Positions 7,823 through 16,431 are shown, numbered from the stretch's first letter. The stretch: DNA of 29,183 nt from a virus (IMGVR_UViG_3300020044_001998:1-29183); one strand, 5' to 3'. Notes: a model not told the origin generated them from the sequence alone. A program made the numbers and translations.

Positions 7823-8046
7823 TCAACGCATTTTTAAATCAAAAGGGTATCAAACTTGCCTACTGCGATTACATCGCATCAATTATTAAAAAAGAATTAT
7901 TGCCAAACGATCATGCAAAGTTGCTTGATGAAGTTGGAAAGATTCAATTTAATTTTGGACCCGAGGGCGAGTTTGATACGACAAAGACAATAGATGTATT
8001 AGACATGCAAGGCAAGATGTATCGCATAACTATCCAAGAGTTATGA
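7819..8046 (+). CDS. Hypothetical protein
   Basis: ATGA-coupled to the replication gene (MINAFLNQKG...). Confidence 0.65.
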   Translation: MINAFLNQKGIKLAYCDYIASIIKKELLPNDHAKLLDEVGKIQFNFGPEGEFDTTKTIDVLDMQGKMYRITIQEL

Positions 8047-8204
8047 AATGCCCGTTATGCAACGCGCCAACGGATGTTAAACAGACGTTGAATAGAGATG
8101 GTGAATACGTAAGACGCAGAATGTGTTTTAACCGCCATACGTTTAGCACAAAGGAAGTGCCAATAAACGAACCAAAACCCAAACGTAATTATCGAGATCA
8201 ATAA
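8043..8204 (+). CDS. NrdR-N-like zinc-ribbon protein (53 aa, not in the ORF track)
   Basis: MKCPLCNAPTDVKQT...RRRMCFNRHTFSTKE; ATGA-coupled. Confidence 0.75.
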   Translation: MKCPLCNAPTDVKQTLNRDGEYVRRRMCFNRHTFSTKEVPINEPKPKRNYRDQ

Positions 8205-8215
8205 AAGGAGTAAAC

Positions 8216-8551
8216 ATGACAGAGCATGACATTAGCCCATTTAAGGCATTGGACTTTATACGAGACAACGCGCAAGCGTATGCGCAAGCAAAGGCAAACG
8301 TTGTCTACATGACAGAGTATCGCAAGACTATCAAAGCATCTTTAATGGCAAGTTGCTCTGAGAAAACAGAGTCGGCAAAAGAAACATATGCGTACTCGCA
8401 TGATGATTACAAACATCATTTGCGTGCGTTGCAATTAGCCGTAGAGCAAGCAGAAAAAATGCGTTGGCTAATGATTGCCGCAGAAGCCAAGATCGAGGTC
8501 TGGCGGTCGCTTGAATCATCTGCACGCGCTGAAGGGAGATCAACGCAATGA
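8216..8551 (+). CDS. Conserved phage coiled-coil protein
   Basis: SD AAGGAG; helical YAQAKA...EYRK.IKA.LM...IEVWRSLESSAR. Confidence 0.75.
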   Translation: MTEHDISPFKALDFIRDNAQAYAQAKANVVYMTEYRKTIKASLMASCSEKTESAKETYAYSHDDYKHHLRALQLAVEQAEKMRWLMIAAEAKIEVWRSLESSARAEGRSTQ

Positions 8552-8688
8552 GTAAAAGACCAAAACCAAGCAAACAATTTTGTCTTGAAAGTGCCAAGTA
8601 TTATCACGACAACGATTGCCCGTTGATGATGTGGGATTGGTTAGTCATGTGGGCTTTTTACGATATGTACGTGGTTGCATATCGATGA
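8548..8688 (+). CDS. Small hypothetical protein (46 aa, not in the ORF track)
   Basis: MSKRPKPSKQFCLESAKYY...VAYR*; ATGA overlaps at both ends fill the gap exactly. Confidence 0.55.
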   Translation: MSKRPKPSKQFCLESAKYYHDNDCPLMMWDWLVMWAFYDMYVVAYR

Positions 8689-9182
8689 TAAGAGTCACAT
8701 TAACAAAAACAGAATACGCAATTCTGGAGTTTGTTGGCAACATGCGTCACTCTATTACAAGTGCATCAGGCACAGAGATGAAACAAGATACATCAATGAA
8801 TGGTTTGCAAGCAAGCATTGATGGTGTCATTACAGAGTACGCAGTTGCTAGATATTTAAATCTACATCTTGATTTGAATTGCGACTATCGCGCATTTGGC
8901 GCGGACTTAGTTTCTCGTCTTGGCAATCACATAGACGTAAAGTCCACAAGACGCGCAAACGGCAATTTGAATGCAGTAGGTTGGTCGAACGGAAAGTGTG
9001 CCGATATTTTTGTCTTGACCGAAATTCTGCATTCTGCCGTTGGTATAGTCGGTTGGATTCCCCGCGACTTGTTGTTGCAAGATGCGAACATTGTTGTGCC
9101 AAAAGATCGTGCGCCATACTATTCAGTTGATCGTTCCAAATTGCAATTATTTTATGAACAAGCAGACGCAAAAACACTTTAA
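8685..9182 (+). CDS. Putative PD-(D/E)xK nuclease-fold protein
   Basis: G...EYAVA.YL...ADL......IDVKST...DIFVL...IVGW. Confidence 0.6.
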   Translation: MIRVTLTKTEYAILEFVGNMRHSITSASGTEMKQDTSMNGLQASIDGVITEYAVARYLNLHLDLNCDYRAFGADLVSRLGNHIDVKSTRRANGNLNAVGWSNGKCADIFVLTEILHSAVGIVGWIPRDLLLQDANIVVPKDRAPYYSVDRSKLQLFYEQADAKTL

Positions 9183-9450
9183 CGCTCTTGCTGAATTGGG
9201 TTGCATACTCTGCTGGCATCTTGGCAATAGGGGTACGCCAGCAGAGATTCATCACATAAGACGCTATGGCGGTAAACGTGACAATGCGCCTGTCATACCG
9301 CTATGCACAGAGCATCATCGTGGCAATACTGGAGTACACGGGCTAGGTGCAAAAGGTTTTGAAAAACACTACGGCATTGATCAAGATTTTCTTTTGAACT
9401 TATGCGCTGAAAAACTTACGCAAATGGGCGAGTACCCGTTTTATCAATAA
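9154..9450 (+). CDS. Ref/DUF968-like HNH-type Zn nuclease
   Basis: GCILC...AEIHHIR...IPLCTEHHRG..GVH....FEKHYG. Confidence 0.8.
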   Translation: MNKQTQKHFNALAELGCILCWHLGNRGTPAEIHHIRRYGGKRDNAPVIPLCTEHHRGNTGVHGLGAKGFEKHYGIDQDFLLNLCAEKLTQMGEYPFYQ

Positions 9451-9883
9451 TTAGTTGCGACTTCTTTGGTGCATCGCCTTCGTGCGTTGGAATCGCTACA
9501 TGTGTCCAACGATCAAACTCGCGTATGACTTGTGCATACGGCAATTCACTTTTAATAATTGCACGCGTTACTTCATCAGGTGTCATACCACTAACGCGTA
9601 TATCTGCCGCGCATCCGCGCCTATGATCGCTTGTATCTTTAGAACCAACTGCCGCGTTGACATAGCGTGATCTAAACGCGCTGTTAACAATGATTGGTTT
9701 GTTACCAAGTACGATGCGAACTTGCTCTAAAAAAGCCGCAAGTCGTGGCAAATTAGCAAGTGCATCTATCGATACTTCGCGCCCGTCAATGATGCACAAC
9801 TCCGCATTGGTAGGAGTGTTATCAAATTCGCGGTGGTCTGTGTGTGTCAAATCTTCAAACGTAAAATGTTCTGTTAAGTTCAT
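9416..9883 (-). CDS. Endolysin, peptidase M15A family
   Basis: LTEHFT.E.L...VNSAFRS..VN.AVG....SDH..GCAADI...WTHVA has the Zn ligands. Confidence 0.88.
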   Translation of the reverse strand: MNLTEHFTFEDLTHTDHREFDNTPTNAELCIIDGREVSIDALANLPRLAAFLEQVRIVLGNKPIIVNSAFRSRYVNAAVGSKDTSDHRRGCAADIRVSGMTPDEVTRAIIKSELPYAQVIREFDRWTHVAIPTHEGDAPKKSQLIIDKTGTRPFA

Positions 9884-10359
9884 TTCTTACCGCCCTTTAT
9901 AGCCATGATATTTTCGATTGTCTTGCCTCCGAAATAGGCGGTCATCACTAACATGCCCCATTGTCCCAATAGATTAACGTATGACTCATTTACTTGATGC
10001 CCAAATGCAGACATAAGCGCAAACACGTTGTACGTTGACAAAAGATAAACAAGCGTTGCGGGTCGTATGTTTTTATTTAACCACCCATCGGATTGATTGT
10101 CCGATTTCCACCGATCAGTTACGTTGTTATCTTCATTCTTCTGCGCATCCATTGCGACTTTAGTTAATTCAAGTTCGTACTCTTTTATTTTTTCAGTCGC
10201 TTCTGGATTAGCCACAATAGCCTTTGCAACAGACTCAACGGAATCAGAAACGCCAAGGCGAGAAGCCAAAGCGGTAACAGCAACAGCACCCATAGGACCA
10301 GCGATAGCAGTTGCCAATGTGGGTGCGATACCCTTGAGTAGACCGAGTAGTTCATTCAT
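9880..10359 (-). CDS. Holin (GTA holin 3TM-like)
   Basis: APTLATAIAGPMG...W..D..SD.WL.KNIRP...AYFGGKTIE, with TM helices; directly upstream of the endolysin. Confidence 0.75.
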   Translation of the reverse strand: MNELLGLLKGIAPTLATAIAGPMGAVAVTALASRLGVSDSVESVAKAIVANPEATEKIKEYELELTKVAMDAQKNEDNNVTDRWKSDNQSDGWLNKNIRPATLVYLLSTYNVFALMSAFGHQVNESYVNLLGQWGMLVMTAYFGGKTIENIMAIKGGKK

Positions 10360-10508
10360 TGAACCTCCTGTAATTGCTTTATCAAACGATTAACTTGCCG
10401 TTCTTTTTTTTCGATTCTTACTTCTGCTTTTTGAATCTTAATCCACATGTGAATCATTACAGGCGTGATGATAAGTAGGATTGCAAGTATTATGCAAACC
10501 AAAATCAT
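10356..10508 (-). CDS. Small membrane-anchored coiled-coil protein
   Basis: N-terminal TM followed by a basic coiled coil; ATGA-coupled on both sides. Confidence 0.6.
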   Translation of the reverse strand: MILVCIILAILLIITPVMIHMWIKIQKAEVRIEKKERQVNRLIKQLQEVQ

Positions 10509-11218
10509 AGTGCCTCGGAAAATGAAGTTACCCATACCGCCCACAGCCATGCAACTATTACAAGAGTTAGAAACAAACCAGCAATCATTTCTGTTTGCTC
10601 GCGTTCAATTCTTTCCCGCCTGTTAGTTTCTTGTTGCCGTCTTATGCGAATTTGTTCCTTGCGTTTTAATTGCTCGGCTTGTACTTTGCTATAAATCTGA
10701 TTGTAATTCTCCCACAAGGGACCCAGTTGTGCTGGCACGTTTGCACCGCGCATCATGCCACTTAGTTTTACGTATGACTGATCGAGTTCATTTTTGTAAA
10801 CGCTTAACTCTAATATTACTTCTGGGTCTGGGTCTATGCTGGTAAAAACTTCCTCATACTTTATCTCCACGTACTCGGTTAATTCTTTGTGATGCCGAAA
10901 AAATGCGCCTAGATGCCCAATAAATTGTTGAACAATTTCAGTCTCGTTTGGCACATGTTTGATGTAGACTTCTTTTGCCTTTTTTGTTTCCGTAGGCTCT
11001 GCGGTTTTGGTAGGTTCTGCTTTACTTACAAATAAACCCTTGAAAAAACCCCATATTCCTTTTACGTCAGCAACGATTGCCTTGGCATCTTCGGTTGCTT
11101 TTTTTATTTTTTGTACTTTGACTTTGCCTTCTGACAATGCTTCACAACAATACGTTATGCCGTCATATGCCGCTTGCATTGCCTTAAAGGCAAGACCAAT
11201 AGTTAGCGGGTCAAACAC
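10505..11218 (-). CDS. Hypothetical coiled-coil protein with C-terminal TM anchor
   Basis: 237-aa ORF within the lysis cassette; ends in a hydrophobic helix. Confidence 0.75.
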   Translation of the reverse strand: MFDPLTIGLAFKAMQAAYDGITYCCEALSEGKVKVQKIKKATEDAKAIVADVKGIWGFFKGLFVSKAEPTKTAEPTETKKAKEVYIKHVPNETEIVQQFIGHLGAFFRHHKELTEYVEIKYEEVFTSIDPDPEVILELSVYKNELDQSYVKLSGMMRGANVPAQLGPLWENYNQIYSKVQAEQLKRKEQIRIRRQQETNRRERIEREQTEMIAGLFLTLVIVAWLWAVWVTSFSEAL

Positions 11219-11222
11219 ATGC

Positions 11223-11417
11223 TTATATGCCTAGAAATTTGCGCACAAATTCTGCCGCGACTCCAGGTCCCAATAGCACAACGCCAATGACTGCATAAAG
11301 TAAATACTCAATTTTGGTCATGCGCTTTTCGCCAGCAGTTAATGAATCATCGATGCGACCATAACGTTCTGCGCAAATTGCCTCATGCACCGCGAGTTTT
11401 GTTTCCATAGATTCCAT
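11223..11417 (-). CDS. Small membrane protein (XhlA/holin-like)
   Basis: L.VHEAICAERY..I......G.KRM.KIE plus a C-terminal TM; SD GAGG. Confidence 0.7.
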   Translation of the reverse strand: MESMETKLAVHEAICAERYGRIDDSLTAGEKRMTKIEYLLYAVIGVVLLGPGVAAEFVRKFLGI

Positions 11418-11435
11418 TTGCACCTCACGTAAAAA

Positions 11436-11541
11436 GTTGGATTCGATTCGGTTGTTTTATATACATATCAATGTATACGTGCATAGGAAAGCCAGAAAAA
11501 TATACACATCAACATCCTCGATTGCTGGCTTAACATCCAAC
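11436..11541 (-). ncRNA. Putative pseudoknotted structured RNA of unknown class
   Basis: Five nested stems plus a 7-bp pseudoknot (AAGCCAG/CUGGCUU) fill the intergenic gap; starts 7 nt after an extended -10. Confidence 0.7.
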
Positions 11542-11547
11542 GCGGGC

Positions 11548-11556
11548 AGTATATCA
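11548..11556 (-). promoter_or_regulatory. Extended -10 promoter element
   Basis: TGaTATACT overlapping the stop codon of the upstream glycosyltransferase gene. Confidence 0.45.
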
Positions 11557-11982
11557 AAGGCACTTAAAGACTTCACGCGCTGACACAAACGTTTCTTCAT
11601 TGTGATCGTATGCCTCCCACCACAAGAACTGATTGCCAGCCAAATATTTTCTGTCTTTTAAAAGATTAATATTTTCGGGATGACCATATATTAGAGGGTC
11701 GCTAACTGACCATAATACTATTCCCTTTTTTCCAACTGTCCATGCAAGATGCTGAAAAAAACTATCACACGCAATCCATGTTCTGCATTCTGCAAGTAAC
11801 GTTTTTAACTCTGTCATTGGCAAGTCTGTACGAAAGTCATCAACTAATGCAACTTCATTAGCAACGCCAATTTGAACAATCGGTTCTTTAATCATTGCAA
11901 TTAGTTCTTCCCAAAACGGATAGTTCTTGGGGTTGCGTTTGCCATTTGATAGCGGTCGCGAATACGGCTGTATGACAATCAT
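11554..11982 (-). CDS. GT9 (heptosyltransferase-like) glycosyltransferase, C-terminal lobe only
   Basis: K.YP.WEELI...IVQIG...L...L.ECRTWIACDSFFQHLA...GKKGIVLW....P..YGH..N. Confidence 0.75.
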   Translation of the reverse strand: MIVIQPYSRPLSNGKRNPKNYPFWEELIAMIKEPIVQIGVANEVALVDDFRTDLPMTELKTLLAECRTWIACDSFFQHLAWTVGKKGIVLWSVSDPLIYGHPENINLLKDRKYLAGNQFLWWEAYDHNEETFVSAREVFKCL

Positions 11983-12944
11983 AGATACATCCTTTCAAAT
12001 GCTTCTTGCAGACTGCGTGTCCATTTCCAATCATCCATTTTTTTATAAATAGAGTATTGATCTATGTTGCCAAATATTGCTTGCGCTTCTGCTATCGATT
12101 TCCCTTCTATGACTTCTGGATAGCAAGTAAACACCAATGGCTTTTTAATCTTTGGTAATACTTTGCTAAAAACTAAATGATCACCAAGACCGCAATTCAA
12201 TATTACAACTGTGTAATCCTTAAACTTTAAATGCGTGCGGAATATATGTTCGTCATGCTCATACATTTCGCGTTTTGTTTCGCTACGTATACCGCCATTG
12301 GGATTTTTTAAATGCCACGATATTGCATTACTCACAGCGTACACGCCATAGCCACGCTTGTGTAGCCCATACGTAAATAATGTTTCCTCTCGATGCGCTA
12401 CGCGTGAAAGATTTAAATTGTAGTCATGTATGCCAGCACGATAAAGAAAAGAACAATGCAGATGCTCAACTTGTTTGTAGCCTTTGATCATGCCCCATTG
12501 AATGTTAGGCTCTAGGTCTATTAGATCAATCGTGCCAGCAACTTTGCTTGTATCTATTACAGGCGGTGTAAGAATAGAGCCACCAACTGCACCAACTTTG
12601 TCAAAGAATTTTGTAAAAGAATATAGTCGTTCTAATACATTTGGTTCTGGCAATGCATCATCATCAACGCGCCACACCCATTCATAGCCCATGCTATTAG
12701 CCATTTGGTGAATGTAATGCTGACCTTTCTTATGGGCATAAAGCCATTCCCATTTAATGCCTTTAATGTCTAGCATCTGAAAGAAATGCGCGTAGATCAA
12801 TTCGTTCCGCATATCTTGCGGTTCGTCATTGTCATCAAAGATTACTAACTTATCTACTGGTAGCGTTTGGTTAATGATTGCTTGAAGGGTAAGCGGTAGG
12901 GTTGTAAAGTAACGCCCCCGTGTAGCCACAGAACAAAGAATCAT
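11979..12944 (-). CDS. GT2-family glycosyltransferase with a C-terminal GT9-like N-lobe
   Basis: ILCSVATRGR...LVIFDD...WVWRVDDD (DxD)...REET; the last ~80 aa begin LNCGLGDHLVF...P. Confidence 0.82.
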   Translation of the reverse strand: MILCSVATRGRYFTTLPLTLQAIINQTLPVDKLVIFDDNDEPQDMRNELIYAHFFQMLDIKGIKWEWLYAHKKGQHYIHQMANSMGYEWVWRVDDDALPEPNVLERLYSFTKFFDKVGAVGGSILTPPVIDTSKVAGTIDLIDLEPNIQWGMIKGYKQVEHLHCSFLYRAGIHDYNLNLSRVAHREETLFTYGLHKRGYGVYAVSNAISWHLKNPNGGIRSETKREMYEHDEHIFRTHLKFKDYTVVILNCGLGDHLVFSKVLPKIKKPLVFTCYPEVIEGKSIAEAQAIFGNIDQYSIYKKMDDWKWTRSLQEAFERMYL

Positions 12945-13615
12945 GCATCCCACCTACATAGCATTAAGTTACAACGATTTGTTTCGCAAATTATTTGGGG
13001 CTGGTCGGTAATGTTGCCAGCCTCCGAGATATAAGTAAATTTAAAGTCTAAGAAATGGCTTTCGTTTAGCCCGTGCAATTTGTGATGCTCACCCCAGAAG
13101 CCTTGCGGTTCATTCCAAGGCACAGAAATCAAAAGCCGTTGGCAATGTTGTTGAAGCATTTTCACAATCTCTAAACCATTGTCTAGATGCTCAATAACTT
13201 CAAACGCAATTATGGTGTCCCAAGAATGATCTAGCCCGTCATTTATATTGGCTTCTTTAAAATGTCTATGCAAACCCCATGATTGTTCTTGTGCCACGGC
13301 AACAATGATTGGGTCGTAATCAAAACCAAGGTAATGCGCGGTAACTGGTAAAAACTGTGTGCCGTATCCAGTAGAGCAACCAACCTCTAAAACTTCTTGT
13401 CCATAGAAATTTTGATTTGCCCAAATGTAGCGTGTGGCTTCCCTTGGAAATACTGGGTCACCTTTTAAGAACACCGCCCGTTCATAGTTGTTGGATAGTC
13501 TCCAACGATACCAGTCTGGGTGATGTTCTTTGGCAAGTTTTAATGCGTGTATTTCTAGGATTTGTTCCCAATGGGTTACAACGCTTAACCCGTATATTGT
13601 CTTGTTTTGTATCAT
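12941..13615 (-). CDS. Class I SAM-dependent methyltransferase
   Basis: VLEVGCSTGYG (motif I), YLGFDYD, DTIIAFEVIEHL, LLISVP; small-molecule/sugar MTase type. Confidence 0.88.
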   Translation of the reverse strand: MIQNKTIYGLSVVTHWEQILEIHALKLAKEHHPDWYRWRLSNNYERAVFLKGDPVFPREATRYIWANQNFYGQEVLEVGCSTGYGTQFLPVTAHYLGFDYDPIIVAVAQEQSWGLHRHFKEANINDGLDHSWDTIIAFEVIEHLDNGLEIVKMLQQHCQRLLISVPWNEPQGFWGEHHKLHGLNESHFLDFKFTYISEAGNITDQPQIICETNRCNLMLCRWDA

Positions 13616-13618
13616 TTT

Positions 13619-15874
13619 TTATCTTGGATATGTTGCGTCAACCCTTGTTCCGACTGCCAAGCCCGTGCCAAACACAATAGATGTTCCGCTTGTAACTGTT
13701 ACATCTGTGCCGTTGACCATTTTTACACCATTAACAAACACTTGAATTTTTCCAGATGTATAACTTAATGAAGTTGTAAATGTTGTCTGTGCCGCAGTAG
13801 CAGTAAACGAATCATAAGTCATGCCTGTGGCATTGCCTGAGTATCCAGAATAGCCAGAGTACCCAGATGTTCCAATTCCAGAGTAACCAGAATATCCAGA
13901 ATATCCCGATATGCCAGAGCCAGAATAACCAGAATATCCACTTATACCGCTTGCACCATTTGTTCCATTTGTGCCTGAGTAACCACTAATGCCAGATGCG
14001 CCAGAGTATCCAGAAATTCCGCTTGCCCCGTTACTTCCGTTTGTTCCAGAAATTCCTGAGAAACCAGAAAATCCGCTTGTGCCAACCGCGCCTGAGTAAC
14101 CGCTATATCCACTTATGCCACTTGCGCCATTGCTTCCCGTGCCACCAGAAATTCCTGAGTATCCAGAAAAACCGCTTATTCCGCTTGCACCAGAAAATCC
14201 AGACACTCCGCTTCCGCTATATCCAGAGATTCCAGAGTAACCAGAGTAACCGCTTGTGCCGCTATATCCGCTTTGGGTATACATGACTTGCGTTGCAGTC
14301 AAGATTACAGAAGGCGTTAATGGATATGTTCCGTTGCCAGCAAGAGTTTCTATGTATACGCTTGCGTTTGTTGTGTCCCAAAAAAGTTGATACACATCAC
14401 TTGCTGAAACATCTAAAACATAGTTAACAGTTAAAACTTCAGAAGAATATGCGCTACCTTGTTTGTCAGGAACGTCATAATGCGTATTGCTGTCAGCAAC
14501 ATTAGTTCCGTTTTTCTTTAACCAAACTTGCGTAGTTCCAAGAGCCGTACTGTGATTTGTAAACTGTAAAGAATAGGTAATGCTATAAGTTCCAGCATTA
14601 GTAAATTGCCATTGGCTTGCAGATATTAGAGTTACGCCATTGTTGCCAGCCGTTGTGTTTAGCGTTACAGCCGTTGGCGTATTAGCGGTTGTTGTTTGAT
14701 TTGTTGTGTCATAGAAAGAACCATAAGCACCAACTGCGCCACCCAAACCAGCCGCACCACTAAATCCGCTTTGTCCGCTATAACCCGATATGCCAGAGTA
14801 ACCGCTAAAGCCAGACACACCGCTACCAGAAAATCCAGAGTAACCAGATATGCCAGAGTAACCAGACCATCCGCTAACACCGCTACCAGAGAATCCGCTT
14901 ATGCCTGATGCGCCAGAGTAACCGCTTATTCCCGAATACCCGCTTATGCCTGACGCACCACTAAATCCAGAAATGCCACTACCAGAATAACCAGAGATTC
15001 CGCTAAAGCCAGAATATCCACTAATGCCAGACGCGCCACTCCAACCACTTACTCCGCTACCAGAATAACCGCTAATTCCAGATGCGCCAGAAAATCCACT
15101 TATGCCAGAGTCTCCGCTAAAACCGGAGATGCCAGACCAACCGCTTATTCCAGATGCACCGCTAAAACCTGAAATGCCAGAATATCCACTCCATCCAGAA
15201 ACACCGCTACCTGAGTAACCAGAGATTCCAGACCAACCAGAAATGCCACTTGCACCAGACCAACCCCTGACACCGCTTCCGCTATAACCAGAGATGCCAC
15301 TAAAACCTGACCAGCCACTAATGCCAGAAAATCCTGAGTAGCCCGATATACCGCTATCGCCTGAGTAACCAGAGATGCCAGAGAATCCAGAATAACCACT
15401 TACTCCACTACCAGAGTATCCCGAAATTCCGCTATCGCCTGAGTAACCGCTTATGCCAGACCAACCAGATATTCCTGAGTAGCCAGAGTAGCCACTAAGC
15501 CCTTGGGGTCCGACTATTTGTCCCGCATCGTACCAAGCAGTTCCATTCCATACCCAAAGATTGCCGTCTGCTGTGACGATGTATGCATCATTAACTTGAT
15601 TGCCTGTTGGCGGTAAATCACCAACTGTCGGCACTTCGCCTTTGACGTTAATGCTTGTGCCTTGCTGACCGCTGTAACCTGAGTAGCCAGAAATTCCGCT
15701 AAAGCCAGATATGCCACTAAAGCCAGAGTATCCGCTTGTGCCTGACGCACCGCTATAACCTGACCAACCGCTGGGACCGATTAGTCCGCGATCAATGTTG
15801 ATGACTTGATTAGGCGTTGGCGTTACTTCAACGGCAATGTTGTTTTCGTTTACGACTGTGACTTGTATGGACAT
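13619..15874 (-). CDS. Collagen-like (Gly-X-Ser)n fibre protein with a BclA-C/C1q-like domain
   Basis: Three GXS tracts. A DAYIV..DGNLWVWNGTAWYDAGQIVGPQG module, a GAYGSFYDTTNQ...AGTYSITYSLQF beta domain, and a C-terminal FTATAAQTTF...VFVNGVK domain. Confidence 0.85.
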   Translation of the reverse strand: MSIQVTVVNENNIAVEVTPTPNQVINIDRGLIGPSGWSGYSGASGTSGYSGFSGISGFSGISGYSGYSGQQGTSINVKGEVPTVGDLPPTGNQVNDAYIVTADGNLWVWNGTAWYDAGQIVGPQGLSGYSGYSGISGWSGISGYSGDSGISGYSGSGVSGYSGFSGISGYSGDSGISGYSGFSGISGWSGFSGISGYSGSGVRGWSGASGISGWSGISGYSGSGVSGWSGYSGISGFSGASGISGWSGISGFSGDSGISGFSGASGISGYSGSGVSGWSGASGISGYSGFSGISGYSGSGISGFSGASGISGYSGISGYSGASGISGFSGSGVSGWSGYSGISGYSGFSGSGVSGFSGYSGISGYSGQSGFSGAAGLGGAVGAYGSFYDTTNQTTTANTPTAVTLNTTAGNNGVTLISASQWQFTNAGTYSITYSLQFTNHSTALGTTQVWLKKNGTNVADSNTHYDVPDKQGSAYSSEVLTVNYVLDVSASDVYQLFWDTTNASVYIETLAGNGTYPLTPSVILTATQVMYTQSGYSGTSGYSGYSGISGYSGSGVSGFSGASGISGFSGYSGISGGTGSNGASGISGYSGYSGAVGTSGFSGFSGISGTNGSNGASGISGYSGASGISGYSGTNGTNGASGISGYSGYSGSGISGYSGYSGYSGIGTSGYSGYSGYSGNATGMTYDSFTATAAQTTFTTSLSYTSGKIQVFVNGVKMVNGTDVTVTSGTSIVFGTGLAVGTRVDATYPR
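14770..15500 (-). repeat. Degenerate 9-bp tandem repeat encoding the main Gly-X-Ser tract
   Basis: About 80 triplets with varied Ser/Gly codons. Shorter tracts at ~13835-14270 and ~15670-15775. Confidence 0.9.
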
Positions 15875-15875
15875 A

Positions 15876-16355
15876 TCAATTCACCACGCCATCTGAACGA
15901 ACCAAGAACAACAAAAAGATTACTAAGTCTTGCGCGGGTGTTTCGCCTACCGCTTCAAAACTAATCAAGATGCGACCGCTAAACGCTACGGGGTCTACTG
16001 CCGCAATGTTTAATTCTGGGTCAGTAGAGATTACATCCCATGTAGATTCCTCAATCACCAGCGTAAACAATCCATCTACATCATGTCGGTTGGCAATCGT
16101 AAGGCTTACTGGGGATGGTTCTGGGTCATAGTCGTTTATGTCAAAACTCAAACCATTGCGCGTGTCTACTAAATTAGATACTTGTCTACGAATGATTTGC
16201 GCGTCAATGCCTACGCCTGTTAAGTCGATTGGCACACCATTGGTAGCCATGACCAGATTCCAGTAGGTGCGCTGGTTGTAGACAAGTTCACCAGAGATGA
16301 TCTGATTGTCAAACCCTGACACTTGCGTCAAAGTGTTTTTAGAAAATAATGCCAT
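15876..16355 (-). CDS. Putative fibre-attachment/baseplate upper (BppU-N-like) protein
   Basis: G.PIDLTG..I.AQI...G.FTL.I beta-sandwich pattern; directly upstream of the fibre gene. Confidence 0.55.
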   Translation of the reverse strand: MALFSKNTLTQVSGFDNQIISGELVYNQRTYWNLVMATNGVPIDLTGVGIDAQIIRRQVSNLVDTRNGLSFDINDYDPEPSPVSLTIANRHDVDGLFTLVIEESTWDVISTDPELNIAAVDPVAFSGRILISFEAVGETPAQDLVIFLLFLVRSDGVVN

Positions 16356-16421
16356 GACAGTTCCCTGTACTCAGGTTATAACGTACCTCGCGTACTCGCA
16401 AGGCTCGGGTGTCTTGTCTTA
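16356..16421 (-). promoter_or_regulatory. Hairpin-rich leader covering the RBS
   Basis: CCUUGCG-AGUA-CGCGAGG hairpin, GUAC/GUAC stem, and CCC/GGG plus GACA/UGUC closing over SD AGGGA. Confidence 0.4.
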
Positions 16422-16431
16422 TGTTTCTATT

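Noticed and set aside
12941-13615. DNA methyltransferase
   Set aside because: No DPPY/NPPY or PCQ catalytic motif; FEVIEHL is typical of small-molecule or sugar methyltransferases.
13835-15775. CRISPR array or DGR repeat
   Set aside because: Repeats are degenerate 9-mers encoding Gly-X-Ser with no spacers; no reverse transcriptase or cas gene in the window.
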